In this document: piece after piece, positions 43,172-52,886 of the stretch
How the letters are laid out: every line of letters begins with the position of its first letter
Position numbering within the stretch: the stretch's first letter is position 1
Assembly: GCA_963774265.1 (NCBI GenBank)
Contig: CAVZDU010000002.1
Span: 544,001-608,000 of the forward strand
Reading direction: 5' to 3'
DNA length: 64,000 bases
Source: an uncultured Chloroflexia bacterium
GTDB lineage: Bacteria > Chloroflexota > Anaerolineae > CG2-30-64-16
The notes under the pieces: generated by a model
Told to the model about the DNA's origin: nothing
The model's database searches: none
Seen by the model: the letters and a program-made list of their open reading frames with translations, nothing else
Program-made: the position numbers and the translations under genes

Positions 43172-44390
43172 ATGCAACCCGAACTCACAGATCACATCGC
43201 CGCGCTGGCCCGGCAGATGACCGGACCCCGCGAGCGCTTCCTGGCCGACCTGATCCGCATCCGCTCGTACACCGGCCAGGAAGGTCCCGCGGTCGAGCGC
43301 ACCCTGGAGGAGCTGCGGGCCATCGGCTGCGACGAGGTATGGATGGACTCGGCGGGCAATGCCCTGGGCCGGATCGGGCGGGGACCGCGGGTGATCCTCT
43401 ACGATGCGCACCTGGACACCAATGAGGTGGCCGATGCCCGCGAGTGGCCGCACCCACCCCTGGAGCCGGTCGTCGAAGGCGATGTGATGTGGGGCCTGGG
43501 CGCCTCGGACTGCAAAGGAGGGGTCGCGGCGATCGTCTACGGCGCCGCGATCCTGGCCACGCTGGGGCGAGACCTGCCCGCGGTGCGCGCCCTGCTGCAG
43601 GAGGTCTCCGTCGTGGTGATGGGCGCGACCCTGGAGGAGGACGCGGAGGGCTTCGCGCTGCGGTCGCTGGTCGAGCGCGATGGGCTGCGGCCCGAGGTCG
43701 TGCTGCTGGCCGAGGCCACCGATCTGACGCTGCGCCGCGGGCAGCGAGGGCGCTGCGAGGTTCGCGTGCGAACGGCAGGCCGCGCGGCCCACGCCAGCCA
43801 GCCCCACCTGGGCGAGAGCGCGATTCTGAAGATGCTCCCGGTGGTCTCGGCGCTGGAGGCCGATGAATGCCGCCTTGCCGGTCGATCCCATCTTCGGCCG
43901 CGGGAGCCAGGTCGTCTCGATGATCGAGGGCCCGCACACCCCTAATTCCGTGCCCTCCTGGTGCGAAGTGGTCGTCGACCGCCGGCTGACGCCCGGCGAG
44001 ACCGCAGAGACGGTCCTGGCGGGCGTGGCCGCGGCAGTCGAGCCCCTGGGGGCAACCGCCCGCATCCCGGAACAACCGGTGTCGACGCACACGGGCCTGC
44101 GGCTGGATGGCCCGGCGTTCTATCCCGGCTGGCTGCTCGCAGAAGATCATCCGCTGCTGGCTGCGGGCCAGGCGACCTGCCGGACGTTGTGGGGGCAGGC
44201 GCCGCGCGTCGACGTCTGGCGCTTTTCCACCGATGGTGCGTATTCCGCCGGGGCAGCCGGCATTCCCACCCTCGGATTCGGACCGGAGGAGGAGCAGTAC
44301 GTACACGCGGCCAACGACCAGGTAAACCTGACAAAGCTGGCCAAAGCCGCGCAGTTTTACGCGCTCTTCCCCCTGATCTTCCAGCGATGA
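43172..44390 (+). CDS. YgeY-like M20 metallopeptidase/amidohydrolase; frameshift near 43860
   Basis: LYDAHLDT, WGLGASDCKGG, TLEEDAEG, RRGQRGR, AAHASQP, WRFSTDG, LGFGPEEEQYVHAAND. Confidence 0.85.
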
Positions 44391-44442
44391 TCTACGACCC
44401 ATGCTCGAGTGCGGGAGTGCTGATCCATAGGACGGTGTTGCC

Positions 44443-45780
44443 ATGATACTCCTCCCTGAGTACCTGATCGACGTGCCAGGCGAGCCGCCGAAGCACCGCT
44501 GGGGCGTGCGAGTGATGGGCGCCCAGGTGGCCGCGGTCGCATCTCATGCGGACCTGCGCCAGCTTTACCCTGAAGACGAGGTGGTGGACGCAGGGGGCCT
44601 GACACTCTCCCCCGGCTTTGTCGATGCGCATACGCACCTATACGGCGTGCTGGCCCACGGCATCCCCCTGCATAAAGCGCCGTCCGGGTTCTGGCCGTTC
44701 CTGGAGGATTTCTGGTGGCCGCTGGTGGAAGATCGGCTCGACCACGAGATGATCTGCGCTGCCACCGACCGCAACCTGGCGACGATGTTGCGCGGGGGCG
44801 TCACCAGTTTCTACGACGTCACCGAGGCGCCGAACGCCCTGCCCGGCTGCCTGGCGACCCAGGCCAACGTCGTGCGCGCCCGCGGCATCCGCGGCATCCT
44901 CTCCTTCGAGGCGACCGAACGGGTCAGCCGGGATAACGGCCAGCTTGGGCTACACGAAAACCTGGACTTCATCCGCACATGCCAGGAAGAGGCCCGGTCA
45001 GAGCAGAACGGGACACCGGCGGGCCTCCTTTCAGGCTTCATGTGCTACCACACGACCTTCACCTGCTCGACCGGGTTTATCCGCCAGGCGTTTGACCTGG
45101 CCGCGGCGCACGGCGCCACGGTCCATATGCATGTCTCCGAGGGTGCGTATGAGCCCGAACATGCCCTCACCCATTTCGGAATGCGCACGTTCGAGTTCTA
45201 CGACCGCCTCGGCGTCGCGGGGCCGGCCATGCAGGCTTCGCAATGCGTCCAGATCTCCCCTGCCGAGATTGAGATCATCGCGCGGCGCGGGGTGCGAGTG
45301 TCCCACATGCCGTTATCGAATTGCGAGGTGGGCGGCGGCGTCGCGCCCGTGCCGGACCTGCTTGCTGCGGGCGTGCCCGTGGGCCTGGGCTCCGATGGCT
45401 ACATCACCGACATGTTCGAGGTCATGCGCGGCGCGTTCCTGATCCACAAGGCTTATCGCCAGGACCCGCGCGTGATGCCGGCCAACGTCGTGTGGCGCCT
45501 GGCGACCGAGGGCGGCGCGCAAGTGCTCGGGCTGGACCGGGTGGGCCGGCTCCTTCCGGGCTGGCAGGCCGACCTGCAGCTGATCGACTCGGCCCTGCCC
45601 ACACCCGTGGAGCCCTGGAACCTCTACGGCCAGCTCCTGCTGTATCGGAGCCGCCGCGATGTACACGATGTGATGGTGGCCGGCCAGTGGCGCGTGCGCA
45701 ACGGCGCCGTGCTGGGGGTGGACGAGGAGGCGCTGGACGCGAGGGTGCACGAGTCCGCGCGGCGGATCTGGCAGGTCTGA
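44443..45780 (+). CDS. SsnA-like amidohydrolase (purine/aminohydrolase family)
   Basis: PGFVDAHTHLY, HMHVSEG, SHMPLSNCEVGGG, GLGSDG, GRLLPGWQADL. Confidence 0.85.
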   Translation: MILLPEYLIDVPGEPPKHRWGVRVMGAQVAAVASHADLRQLYPEDEVVDAGGLTLSPGFVDAHTHLYGVLAHGIPLHKAPSGFWPFLEDFWWPLVEDRLDHEMICAATDRNLATMLRGGVTSFYDVTEAPNALPGCLATQANVVRARGIRGILSFEATERVSRDNGQLGLHENLDFIRTCQEEARSEQNGTPAGLLSGFMCYHTTFTCSTGFIRQAFDLAAAHGATVHMHVSEGAYEPEHALTHFGMRTFEFYDRLGVAGPAMQASQCVQISPAEIEIIARRGVRVSHMPLSNCEVGGGVAPVPDLLAAGVPVGLGSDGYITDMFEVMRGAFLIHKAYRQDPRVMPANVVWRLATEGGAQVLGLDRVGRLLPGWQADLQLIDSALPTPVEPWNLYGQLLLYRSRRDVHDVMVAGQWRVRNGAVLGVDEEALDARVHESARRIWQV

Positions 45781-45849
45781 GACGACGGAGGCCTGGCCGC
45801 GGCACGAGTGCCCGTAAGGGTCTCAACACACTCGTCAGGCGCGCTATTG

Positions 45850-45885
45850 GAGCCCACGGATCGAGATCCGTGGGCTTCTGTTCTT
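45850..45885 (+). terminator. Hairpin terminator closing the right arm of the island
   Basis: AGCCCACGGATC-GA-GATCCGTGGGCT followed by TCTGTTCTT, about 70 bp after the last stop. Confidence 0.6.
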
Positions 45886-46069
45886 CCCAGGGTCGGAGAT
45901 CGCAGATGCTCACACATTCCACAGGCAATAGCAGACCCCTGGCCCCACCCTGAATCATCGCCAGTTCTGAACCGCCATCGGCCTCCGCTTACTGACGTGC
46001 TGCAGCGCCACATTGTCTCGGTGCGCGGGATCGGCTATCGGTCTGATGGGTGAAGCTTTGTAAAGAAGT

Positions 46070-46135
46070 GTTTACACAACCTTGGCGCAAAGTTAACCTA
46101 ACTTTCGCTCGCCGTTAACACTGCCGTGGTACTGT
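46070..46135 (+). promoter_or_regulatory. Pho box array and -10 element upstream of pstS
   Basis: TT-initiated hexamers at exact 11-bp spacing: TTTACA 46071, TTGGCG 46082, TTAACC 46093, TTCGCT 46104, TTAACA 46115; then TGnTACTGT. Confidence 0.65.
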
Positions 46136-46186
46136 GACCGTGGCTTCGAAGGAAGTCAACCCATAGGACTGAAAACGGGAGGAGAA

Positions 46187-47316
46187 ATGTGTTCCAAGTT
46201 TTTCGTAATGATTTTTGTCGTCGCGTTGCTGGTGGCCGGGTGTGCTCGGGCCCCTGCGACGCCGGCGCCGGCCACATCTGCGCCCGCCGCCCAGGCCGAG
46301 CCGACGAAAGCCCCTGAGGCCACCAAGGCGCCGAAGCCAACCACCGCGCCTGTGGCGACCGTAGCGCCTGAACCCACGAAGGCCCCCGAGATTCCGGCCA
46401 CGACCGAGCTGGGCCTGCCCGAAGTCAACCCGCTCGACGTGACCGGTGACATCATCACGGCGGGCTCGTCGACGGTCTTTCCGTTGAGCGAAGCCGTGGC
46501 TGAGAAGTTCCGCGACGAGGGCTACGCGGGCAACATCACGATCGATTCGATCGGTTCCGGCGCCGGCTTCGAGCGCTTCTGCAAGACCGGCGAGACCGAC
46601 GTGTCGAATGCCAGCCGCGCCATCAAGGACTCCGAGTTGAAGAACTGCGCGGCAATCGGCCGCACGCCGATCGAGTTCCGCGTCGGCACCGATGCGTTGG
46701 CGGTTGTCGTCAACCCGGAGAACGACTGGCTGAAGGACGGCGTCACGCTGGCGGAGCTGGCCAAGATCTTCTCGAAGGATGCGACCAACTGGTCCGATGT
46801 GAACCCGGCCTGGCCGGCGCAGCCGATCAAACGGTTCTCGCCCGGCACGGATTCCGGCACCTTCGACTACTTCGTCGAAGCCGTCATGGACAAGGCCTAC
46901 GTGAAGGACGCCACCGCAGACAAGGGCAAGGGCGAGGAAGCACTGCTGGGTGCAGCCAACCTGCAACTGTCCGAGGATGACAACGTGCTCGTGCAGGGCG
47001 TCGAAGGCGACAAGTACGCCATCGGCTATCTTCGGGTTCGCCTACTACGTCGAGAACGAAGGCAAACTGGCTGATGTGGCGGTCGAGGGCGTGGCGCCGT
47101 CGGCCGAGGCTGTGGATGCCGGCGAAATACAAGCTGGCCCGCCCGCTGTTCATCTACTCAGACGCCAAGATCATGCAGGAGAAGCCGCAGGTCGCCCAGT
47201 TCATCAACTTCTACCTGACCTACGTGAATGAAGTCATCGGCCCGGTCGGTTACTTCCCGGCCCCCGCCGATGCCATCGCAGCCTCTGCCAATGCCTGGCT
47301 CGAGGCGACTAAGTAA
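46187..47316 (+). CDS. pstS: Phosphate ABC transporter substrate-binding lipoprotein, frameshifted
   Basis: Lipobox LVAGC; P/A/T linker; AGSSTVFP, GSGAGFERFC, NASRAIK, DSGTFDYF, SEDDNVLV, LARPLFIY. Confidence 0.92.
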
Positions 47317-47341
47317 CGCTTTCGGCAATCCAGGATATCGC

Positions 47342-47388
47342 GAGCAGCAGGTGGGGAGAGGCAAAGCCTCTCTCCACCTCTTGCTCTC
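47342..47388 (+). terminator. Stem-loop after pstS (mRNA stabiliser or attenuator)
   Basis: GGTGGGGAGAGGC-AAA-GCCTCTCTCCACC. Confidence 0.5.
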
Positions 47389-47404
47389 ATACGAGAGTCT
47401 GACC

Positions 47405-47839
47405 ATGACAAATACGACACGAGTTCTCTTTCTCTGCACCGGCAACTCGGCGCGCAGCCAGATGGCTGAAGCATTACTGCGCAAGCACGGGGGTGATCGC
47501 TTCGAAGTGCACAGTGCGGGTCTGGAGCCAAAGGGCATTCATCCGTATACCCGGCGCGTCCTCGCGGAAGTCAGTCTCGACATGGCCGGTCAGAGCTCCA
47601 AAGACCTGATGACCTATCTTGGCAAGCAGCACTTCGGTTACTTGATCACCGTCTGCAGCAATGCCGAGGAGCGGTGCCCCGTCTTTCCAGGCGTCTCCAC
47701 CCGGCTGCATTGGCCGTTTGAAGACCCGGCCGCAGCTTCGGGAAGCGACGACGAGAAGCTGGCTGCGTTTCGTCAGGTGCGCGATCAGATCGAAGCGCGC
47801 ATATTGGCCTGGCTGAAAGCGCCGGACTCACCTGACTGA
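47405..47839 (+). CDS. arsC: Thioredoxin-type arsenate reductase (LMW-PTP family)
   Basis: VLFLCTGNSARSQMAE, ITVCSNAEERCPVFP, HWPFEDP, FRQVRDQI. Confidence 0.85.
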   Translation: MTNTTRVLFLCTGNSARSQMAEALLRKHGGDRFEVHSAGLEPKGIHPYTRRVLAEVSLDMAGQSSKDLMTYLGKQHFGYLITVCSNAEERCPVFPGVSTRLHWPFEDPAAASGSDDEKLAAFRQVRDQIEARILAWLKAPDSPD

Positions 47840-47865
47840 ACGGGGACCGCAAGGAAGGACCACCT

Positions 47866-48861
47866 ATGGCCATTAATGCATCCGTGCACTCCGGCAGCGT
47901 CGCGGACTCGTCACAACCCGCTGACATCCTCTCTCTGGGCCGGCGACGCCGGCCCGGCGAATCGCTGATCCAGGGATTCCTGGTCTTTTGCGGCGCGGTG
48001 TCGATCCTGACCACGGTGGGCATCGTGGTTGTGCTGTTTGAAGAAGCGTTGGTGTTCTTCCGCGATCCCAATGTCGGCCTGCTTGAATTCTTCACCACCA
48101 CTGCCTGGCAGCCGAAGATCGGCCAGTTCGGCATTTTCCCGCTGTTATTGGCAACCCTGCTGACCAGCATGATCGGGATGCTCATCGCGCTGCCGGTCGG
48201 CCTGGCGATTGCGATCTACCTCAGCGAATACGCGACCCCGCGCGCCCGGCAGACGCTTAAGCCCGTGCTGGAGATCCTGGCGGGCGTGCCCACCGTGGTG
48301 TACGGCTACTTCGCGCTGAACTTCGTCACGCCGATCCTGCGCGGCATCTTCGGCAGGGATGTGGTGGACATCTTCAACATGGGTTCGGCCGGCCTGGTCA
48401 TCGGCATTCTCATTCTGCCGCTCGTCGCATCCATGGCCGAGGACGCGCTCAGCTCCGTGCCGCGGGGCCTGCGGGAAGGCGCCTATGCGCTGGGCGCAAC
48501 CAAATTCGAGACCGCGGTGAAGATCGTCGTGCCCGCGGCACTCTCCGGGCTGGGCGCAGCCTTCATCGTGGCCATCTCACGCGCGGTGGGCGAGACGATG
48601 GTCGTGGCGATCGCGGCAGGCTCAGGCCCGCGCAATTTCACGAGCTGGGCCGAAGCATGGCGCGGACTCGCCCTGTTCAACCCGTTTGCATCGGGCGAGA
48701 CCATGACCGGGCACATCGTCCGCATTTCGGGCGGCGATCTCAGCTACGATTCGATCGACTATAACAGCATTTTCGCCATCGCGCTGATGCTGTTCCTGAT
48801 TACGCTGGCGCTCAACATCATCAGCCAGTGGGTCGTGCGCCGCTACCGGATGAGGTACTAG
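47866..48861 (+). CDS. pstC: Phosphate ABC transporter permease
   Basis: AIYLSEYA, EILAGVPTVVYGYF, REGAYALGAT, SRAVGETM. Confidence 0.93.
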   Translation: MAINASVHSGSVADSSQPADILSLGRRRRPGESLIQGFLVFCGAVSILTTVGIVVVLFEEALVFFRDPNVGLLEFFTTTAWQPKIGQFGIFPLLLATLLTSMIGMLIALPVGLAIAIYLSEYATPRARQTLKPVLEILAGVPTVVYGYFALNFVTPILRGIFGRDVVDIFNMGSAGLVIGILILPLVASMAEDALSSVPRGLREGAYALGATKFETAVKIVVPAALSGLGAAFIVAISRAVGETMVVAIAAGSGPRNFTSWAEAWRGLALFNPFASGETMTGHIVRISGGDLSYDSIDYNSIFAIALMLFLITLALNIISQWVVRRYRMRY

Positions 48862-48900
48862 CGAATTGAAGATGGAAGATGGAAGGTTGCGGGTGGGAAC

Positions 48901-50207
48901 ATGATGGAAGATAGCAAAGTCGGGGGCGGGTATCCGGAAGGACGGCAACTCCAGTCGTTCGTCACGGGGCGCCAACGCACTGGGCAGATATGGAAAACCC
49001 TTTTTCTGGCCGCGACTGTGGTCAGGCATCATCGCCCTCCTTGCGCTGCTCTACAACGTGATTACCGATTCGTTCGGCTACGTCGCGTACCGCAACAAGG
49101 TGGAGCCAGCGGCCCTGGTTTCGGAATTCTACGCGGCACAGCCGGTCCCCGCGGGTGTTCTCTTTGCAGACGAAGTGCGGCTGGAGGCGCTGCCCACTGC
49201 CGACCAGGTCGCCATGCTGAAGATGCACCTTTCCGCCGGCCGCGTCCGCGCGCTCGAGGCGCAGCAAGCCACTGGCCGAACGGTCAAGCGTCGGAACTCG
49301 CCCGGTTGCTGGTCGCCGAAGTGGTCAAGCCTGAGATCGTCGCCACCTGGACCCTGGCCGAATCGCTCTTTGCCAGGGACGAGATCGCGGCGGAAGCAGC
49401 GCAGATCCCGAATAGCCGGTTGGACTTCCGCAGTTGGGTCACCGGCAGCTTCCTGACCTCGCCCCAGTCGTCCAAGCCGGAGCTGGCGGGCGTCCGCACG
49501 GCGATTTTTGGGTCGCTGTGGGTGACCCTGATCGCGTTCATTTTCTCCGTGCCGCTCGGCGTGGGCGCGGCAATCTACCTCGAAGAGTACGGCGGGAACA
49601 GCCGGCTCGCCCAGTTCATCGAGACCAACATCAACAACCTGGCCGGCGTCCCGTCGATCATCTACGGCATGCTGGGCCTGGCCGTATTCGTGCGCGTGCT
49701 CGAGTCGTTGACGAGTGGCAAGGTCTTCGGTGCGGTCGACCAGACGACCGCGAACGGACGCACCGTGCTCTCGGCCGGTCTGACCATCGGGCTGTTGATC
49801 CTGCCGCTCATCATCATCAACGCGCGCGAGGCGATCCGTGCGGTGCCGAGCGCACTGCGCGAGGCCGGCTACGGGCTGGGCGCGACCAAATGGCAGACCA
49901 TCAGCGCACACGTGCTGCCCAACGCCATCCCGGGCATCCTGACCGGCGTGATCCTGGCGATTTCCCGGGCGCTGGGCGAGACCGCGCCCCTGGTGGTGGT
50001 GGGCGCGTCAACCTTCATCGTGGTGGACCCGAACGGCCCGTTCGCCAAGTTCACGACCTTACCGATCCAGATTTACCAGTGGACCGCGCGGCCGCAACCC
50101 GAATTTCAACACCTGGCGGCCGCGGCGATCCTGGTGTTGCTGGTGTTGTTGCTGGCGATGAATGCCGCCGCCATCCTGCTGCGCAACAAGTATGCACGGA
50201 GTTATAA
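48901..50207 (+). CDS. pstA: Phosphate ABC transporter permease, frameshifted (the ORF-track frame runs on to 50268)
   Basis: AIYLEEY, NLAGVPSIIYGMLGL, SRALGETAP, FTTLPIQIY, ILLRNKY. Confidence 0.9.
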
Positions 50208-50211
50208 TGAG

Positions 50212-51005
50212 ATGAACCCCAACGCTGATCGGCCGCTGCGCGGCGTCGAGGCAAACGCGCTCGCGTAGCCGACGTGTACTACGGCAAGTTCCGCGCGGTG
50301 ATGGATGTGTCCTTGAACATCGCATCGCGCCAGATCACCGCGCTGATCGGGCCGTCCGGCTGCGGGAAGAGCACCGTGCTGCGCTGCTTCAACCGCATGA
50401 ACGACCTGGTCCCTACGGCTCGCGTGGAAGGGAAGATCGAGTTCCGCGGGAAGAACCTGTACGAATCCGATGTGGACGCGGTGGAAGTGCGCCGCCGGGT
50501 GGGCATGGTCTTTCAGAAGCCCAACCCGTTCCCCAAGAGCATCTACGAGAACATCGCCTGGGGCGCGAAGATCAACGGATTCCGCGGCGATATGGACGAG
50601 CTGGTAGAGCAGTCGCTGCGGTCGGCCGCGCTGTGGGATGACGTCAAAGACAAATTGAACCAGAGCGGCTACTCGCTCTCCGGCGGGCAGCAGCAGCGCC
50701 TGTGCATTGCCCGCGCCATCGCCACCCGGCCCGATATCATCCTCATGGATGAGCCGTGCTCCTCGCTGGACCCGATCGCCACGCTCAAGATCGAGGACCT
50801 GATGCGCGAGCTGGCCCAGCAATACACCATCGTCATCGTCACTCACAACATGCAGCAGGCCGCTCGCGTATCCGACTACACGGCCTTCTTCAACATGGGC
50901 GAGGACCGGGCCGGCTACCTGGTCGAGTACGGGCCCACGAACGGCCTGTTCACAAATCCCAAGAACAAGCTCACTGAGGACTACATCACCGGTCGGTTCG
51001 GCTGA
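50212..51005 (+). CDS. pstB: Phosphate ABC transporter ATP-binding protein; frameshift near the start
   Basis: [47 protein letters not shown]. Confidence 0.93.
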
Positions 51006-51023
51006 TCTCCAAGGAGGTAATGA

Positions 51024-51689
51024 ATGAGTACGCTTCTACGAGCTCATTTCGACCGCGAACTGGCCGATCTGAGAGAAACCGCCCTCATGATGGGCTGGCG
51101 CGCACGCCAGGCGTGCGCGGCCGGTTTGCAGGCTTTCCTGGAGAATGATCTTGACCTGGTCAGTGAGGTCATTGCCGGGGACCAGGGCATCAACGACCTG
51201 CGCTACCAGATCGAGCAGCGGTGCTACAATCTGCTGGCCAGGGAACAGCCCGTTGCCGGCGACATGCGCACCATCGTCACCACGCTGACCATTGTGACCG
51301 AGTTTGAACGCATCGGCGATCACGGCAAGAAGATCGCCCGCATTTGCCGGCGCACGGCGGACGATCCGCGGCCGATCCCCCTGGACGCCATCGGCCACAT
51401 GGGAGAAATGGCGCTGTCCATGCTCGATGATGCCTTGGCGGCACTGGCAGCTCGCAACCCCGATGCTGCCCGCGCGGTCTCCGCCAGGGACGACGAGGTC
51501 GATGCCTTTTATAAACAGACCTTCAACGTCACGCTCAGTTATATGCTCGAGAATCCGCGCGCCATCAGTGCCGGCACGCACCTCATCCAGGTCGCGCACG
51601 AGCTGGAGCGCGTCGCCGACCGGGCAACCAACATTGCCGAGCGGGTCATCTACGCGGTGAGCGGCGAACTTGTCGAGCTGAATAACTGA
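51024..51689 (+). CDS. phoU: Phosphate signalling protein PhoU
   Basis: QPVAGDMR, EFERIGDH, RDDEVD, ELERVADRATNIAE; AAGGAGG RBS. Confidence 0.93.
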   Translation: MSTLLRAHFDRELADLRETALMMGWRARQACAAGLQAFLENDLDLVSEVIAGDQGINDLRYQIEQRCYNLLAREQPVAGDMRTIVTTLTIVTEFERIGDHGKKIARICRRTADDPRPIPLDAIGHMGEMALSMLDDALAALAARNPDAARAVSARDDEVDAFYKQTFNVTLSYMLENPRAISAGTHLIQVAHELERVADRATNIAERVIYAVSGELVELNN

Positions 51690-51785
51690 TCTTTAACTCA
51701 GGGATCACTGCGATCGAGTCGCACTCTTGCAACCTCGGCCACGTCCCCACGTATAGTTCGGTGTGAGTAACAGGAGGGCTCAACC

Positions 51786-52316
51786 ATGACACACATCCTT
51801 GTAACTTATGCGACCTGGACAGGGGCGACCCACCAGGTGGCTGACGCCGTTGCGGAAGTTCTGGCTGAAGGCGGCGCAACGGTTGACGTGCAGGACGCGG
51901 GTGCGGTGAAGCGGTTGGACGGCTACGATGCGGTCGTGATGGGCGTATCCGCGCACATGGGCAAAGTGCCCGGTGCTGCGGTGAGCTTCGCCAGGAAGCA
52001 TGCCAAGACGCTCGCTACGTTGCCGGTGGCCCAATTCATCGTCTGCCTGACCATGTGCGATGATACCCCGGAGCACAGGGCGACCGCGCTGGGCTACCTG
52101 GAGCAGGTGGCCAAGGTGATGCCAGGCGTGACGCCCGTGGACACGGGGTTGTTCGGCGGAGTGGTGCTGAACGACACGGATGATTTCAGGAAGCTCAACC
52201 CGATCCTGCGCGGCATGGCGGGGTCGATGGCGAAGGACATCAAGGACGGACGCGACTGGGACGCGATCCGCTCGTGGGCCGAGGGGTTGCGCGGCAAGCT
52301 AGGCCCTGGCATCTAG
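51786..52316 (+). CDS. Flavodoxin-domain protein (HemG/Flavodoxin_5-like)
   Basis: ILVTYATWTGATHQVADAV, YDAVVMG, DGRDWDAIRSWA. Confidence 0.8.
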   Translation: MTHILVTYATWTGATHQVADAVAEVLAEGGATVDVQDAGAVKRLDGYDAVVMGVSAHMGKVPGAAVSFARKHAKTLATLPVAQFIVCLTMCDDTPEHRATALGYLEQVAKVMPGVTPVDTGLFGGVVLNDTDDFRKLNPILRGMAGSMAKDIKDGRDWDAIRSWAEGLRGKLGPGI

Positions 52317-52357
52317 CGCGTACCCTACGACGTCCGGCAGACCTCAGAGAGTTCAAA

Positions 52358-52708
52358 TCAGCCAGACAGACGCGGGAATCTCACTCCCCGACCCCCTCTC
52401 CTGGCAGGAAAGGGGCTGATCTGCGCGCCCCCGCACTTTCCCGCTGTGAAGCTGTAGCGGATCGCATCCTGCGAGCAGTTGTCCGCGCACGTGCCGCACC
52501 AGAGCCGCCCGACGAAGAGGGACGAGACGAACATGGCCGCAAAGACGAGGAAGCTGGCGTTGACCACCTCCTCGGACGCAGACTGCATGATGAGGATCGG
52601 GGAGAAGTAATACAGCGTGACCGGGAAGAGCAGGAACGAAACCAGAAGCAGCGCCCTGCGAATGCGCTGCCGTGCAGGTAGTTGCCGAGTCGTGGCTGAG
52701 ACGGTCAT
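52358..52708 (-). pseudogene. Internally deleted membrane 4Fe-4S-binding (NapH/YccM-like) gene
   Basis: TM N-terminus ending GRLWCG joins directly to a ferredoxin tail TCADNCSQDAIRY; the expected middle is missing. Confidence 0.55.
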
Positions 52709-52886
52709 GACTCTCCTCCTTTGAACGCTATCGTTCTATACGTTGCTATCCCCTGGGGCAGACCGTCAACTTACTCGGACCCGACTCAATGCGCTCTTGA
52801 TAGCCGCATTGAAAGGCACTCTGGAAGGTAACCTCCGGCAGTTCGGGGGATTTCGCGTCGGGCGCTTCCCGCATTGTCCGAGAAGC

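Noticed and set aside
42147-44390. Annotation as arginine biosynthesis argF/argE
   Set aside because: The WTYAPKYVRPLSVPQ and WRFSTDG motifs and the ssnA/xdh context match YgeW/YgeY-type proteins better.
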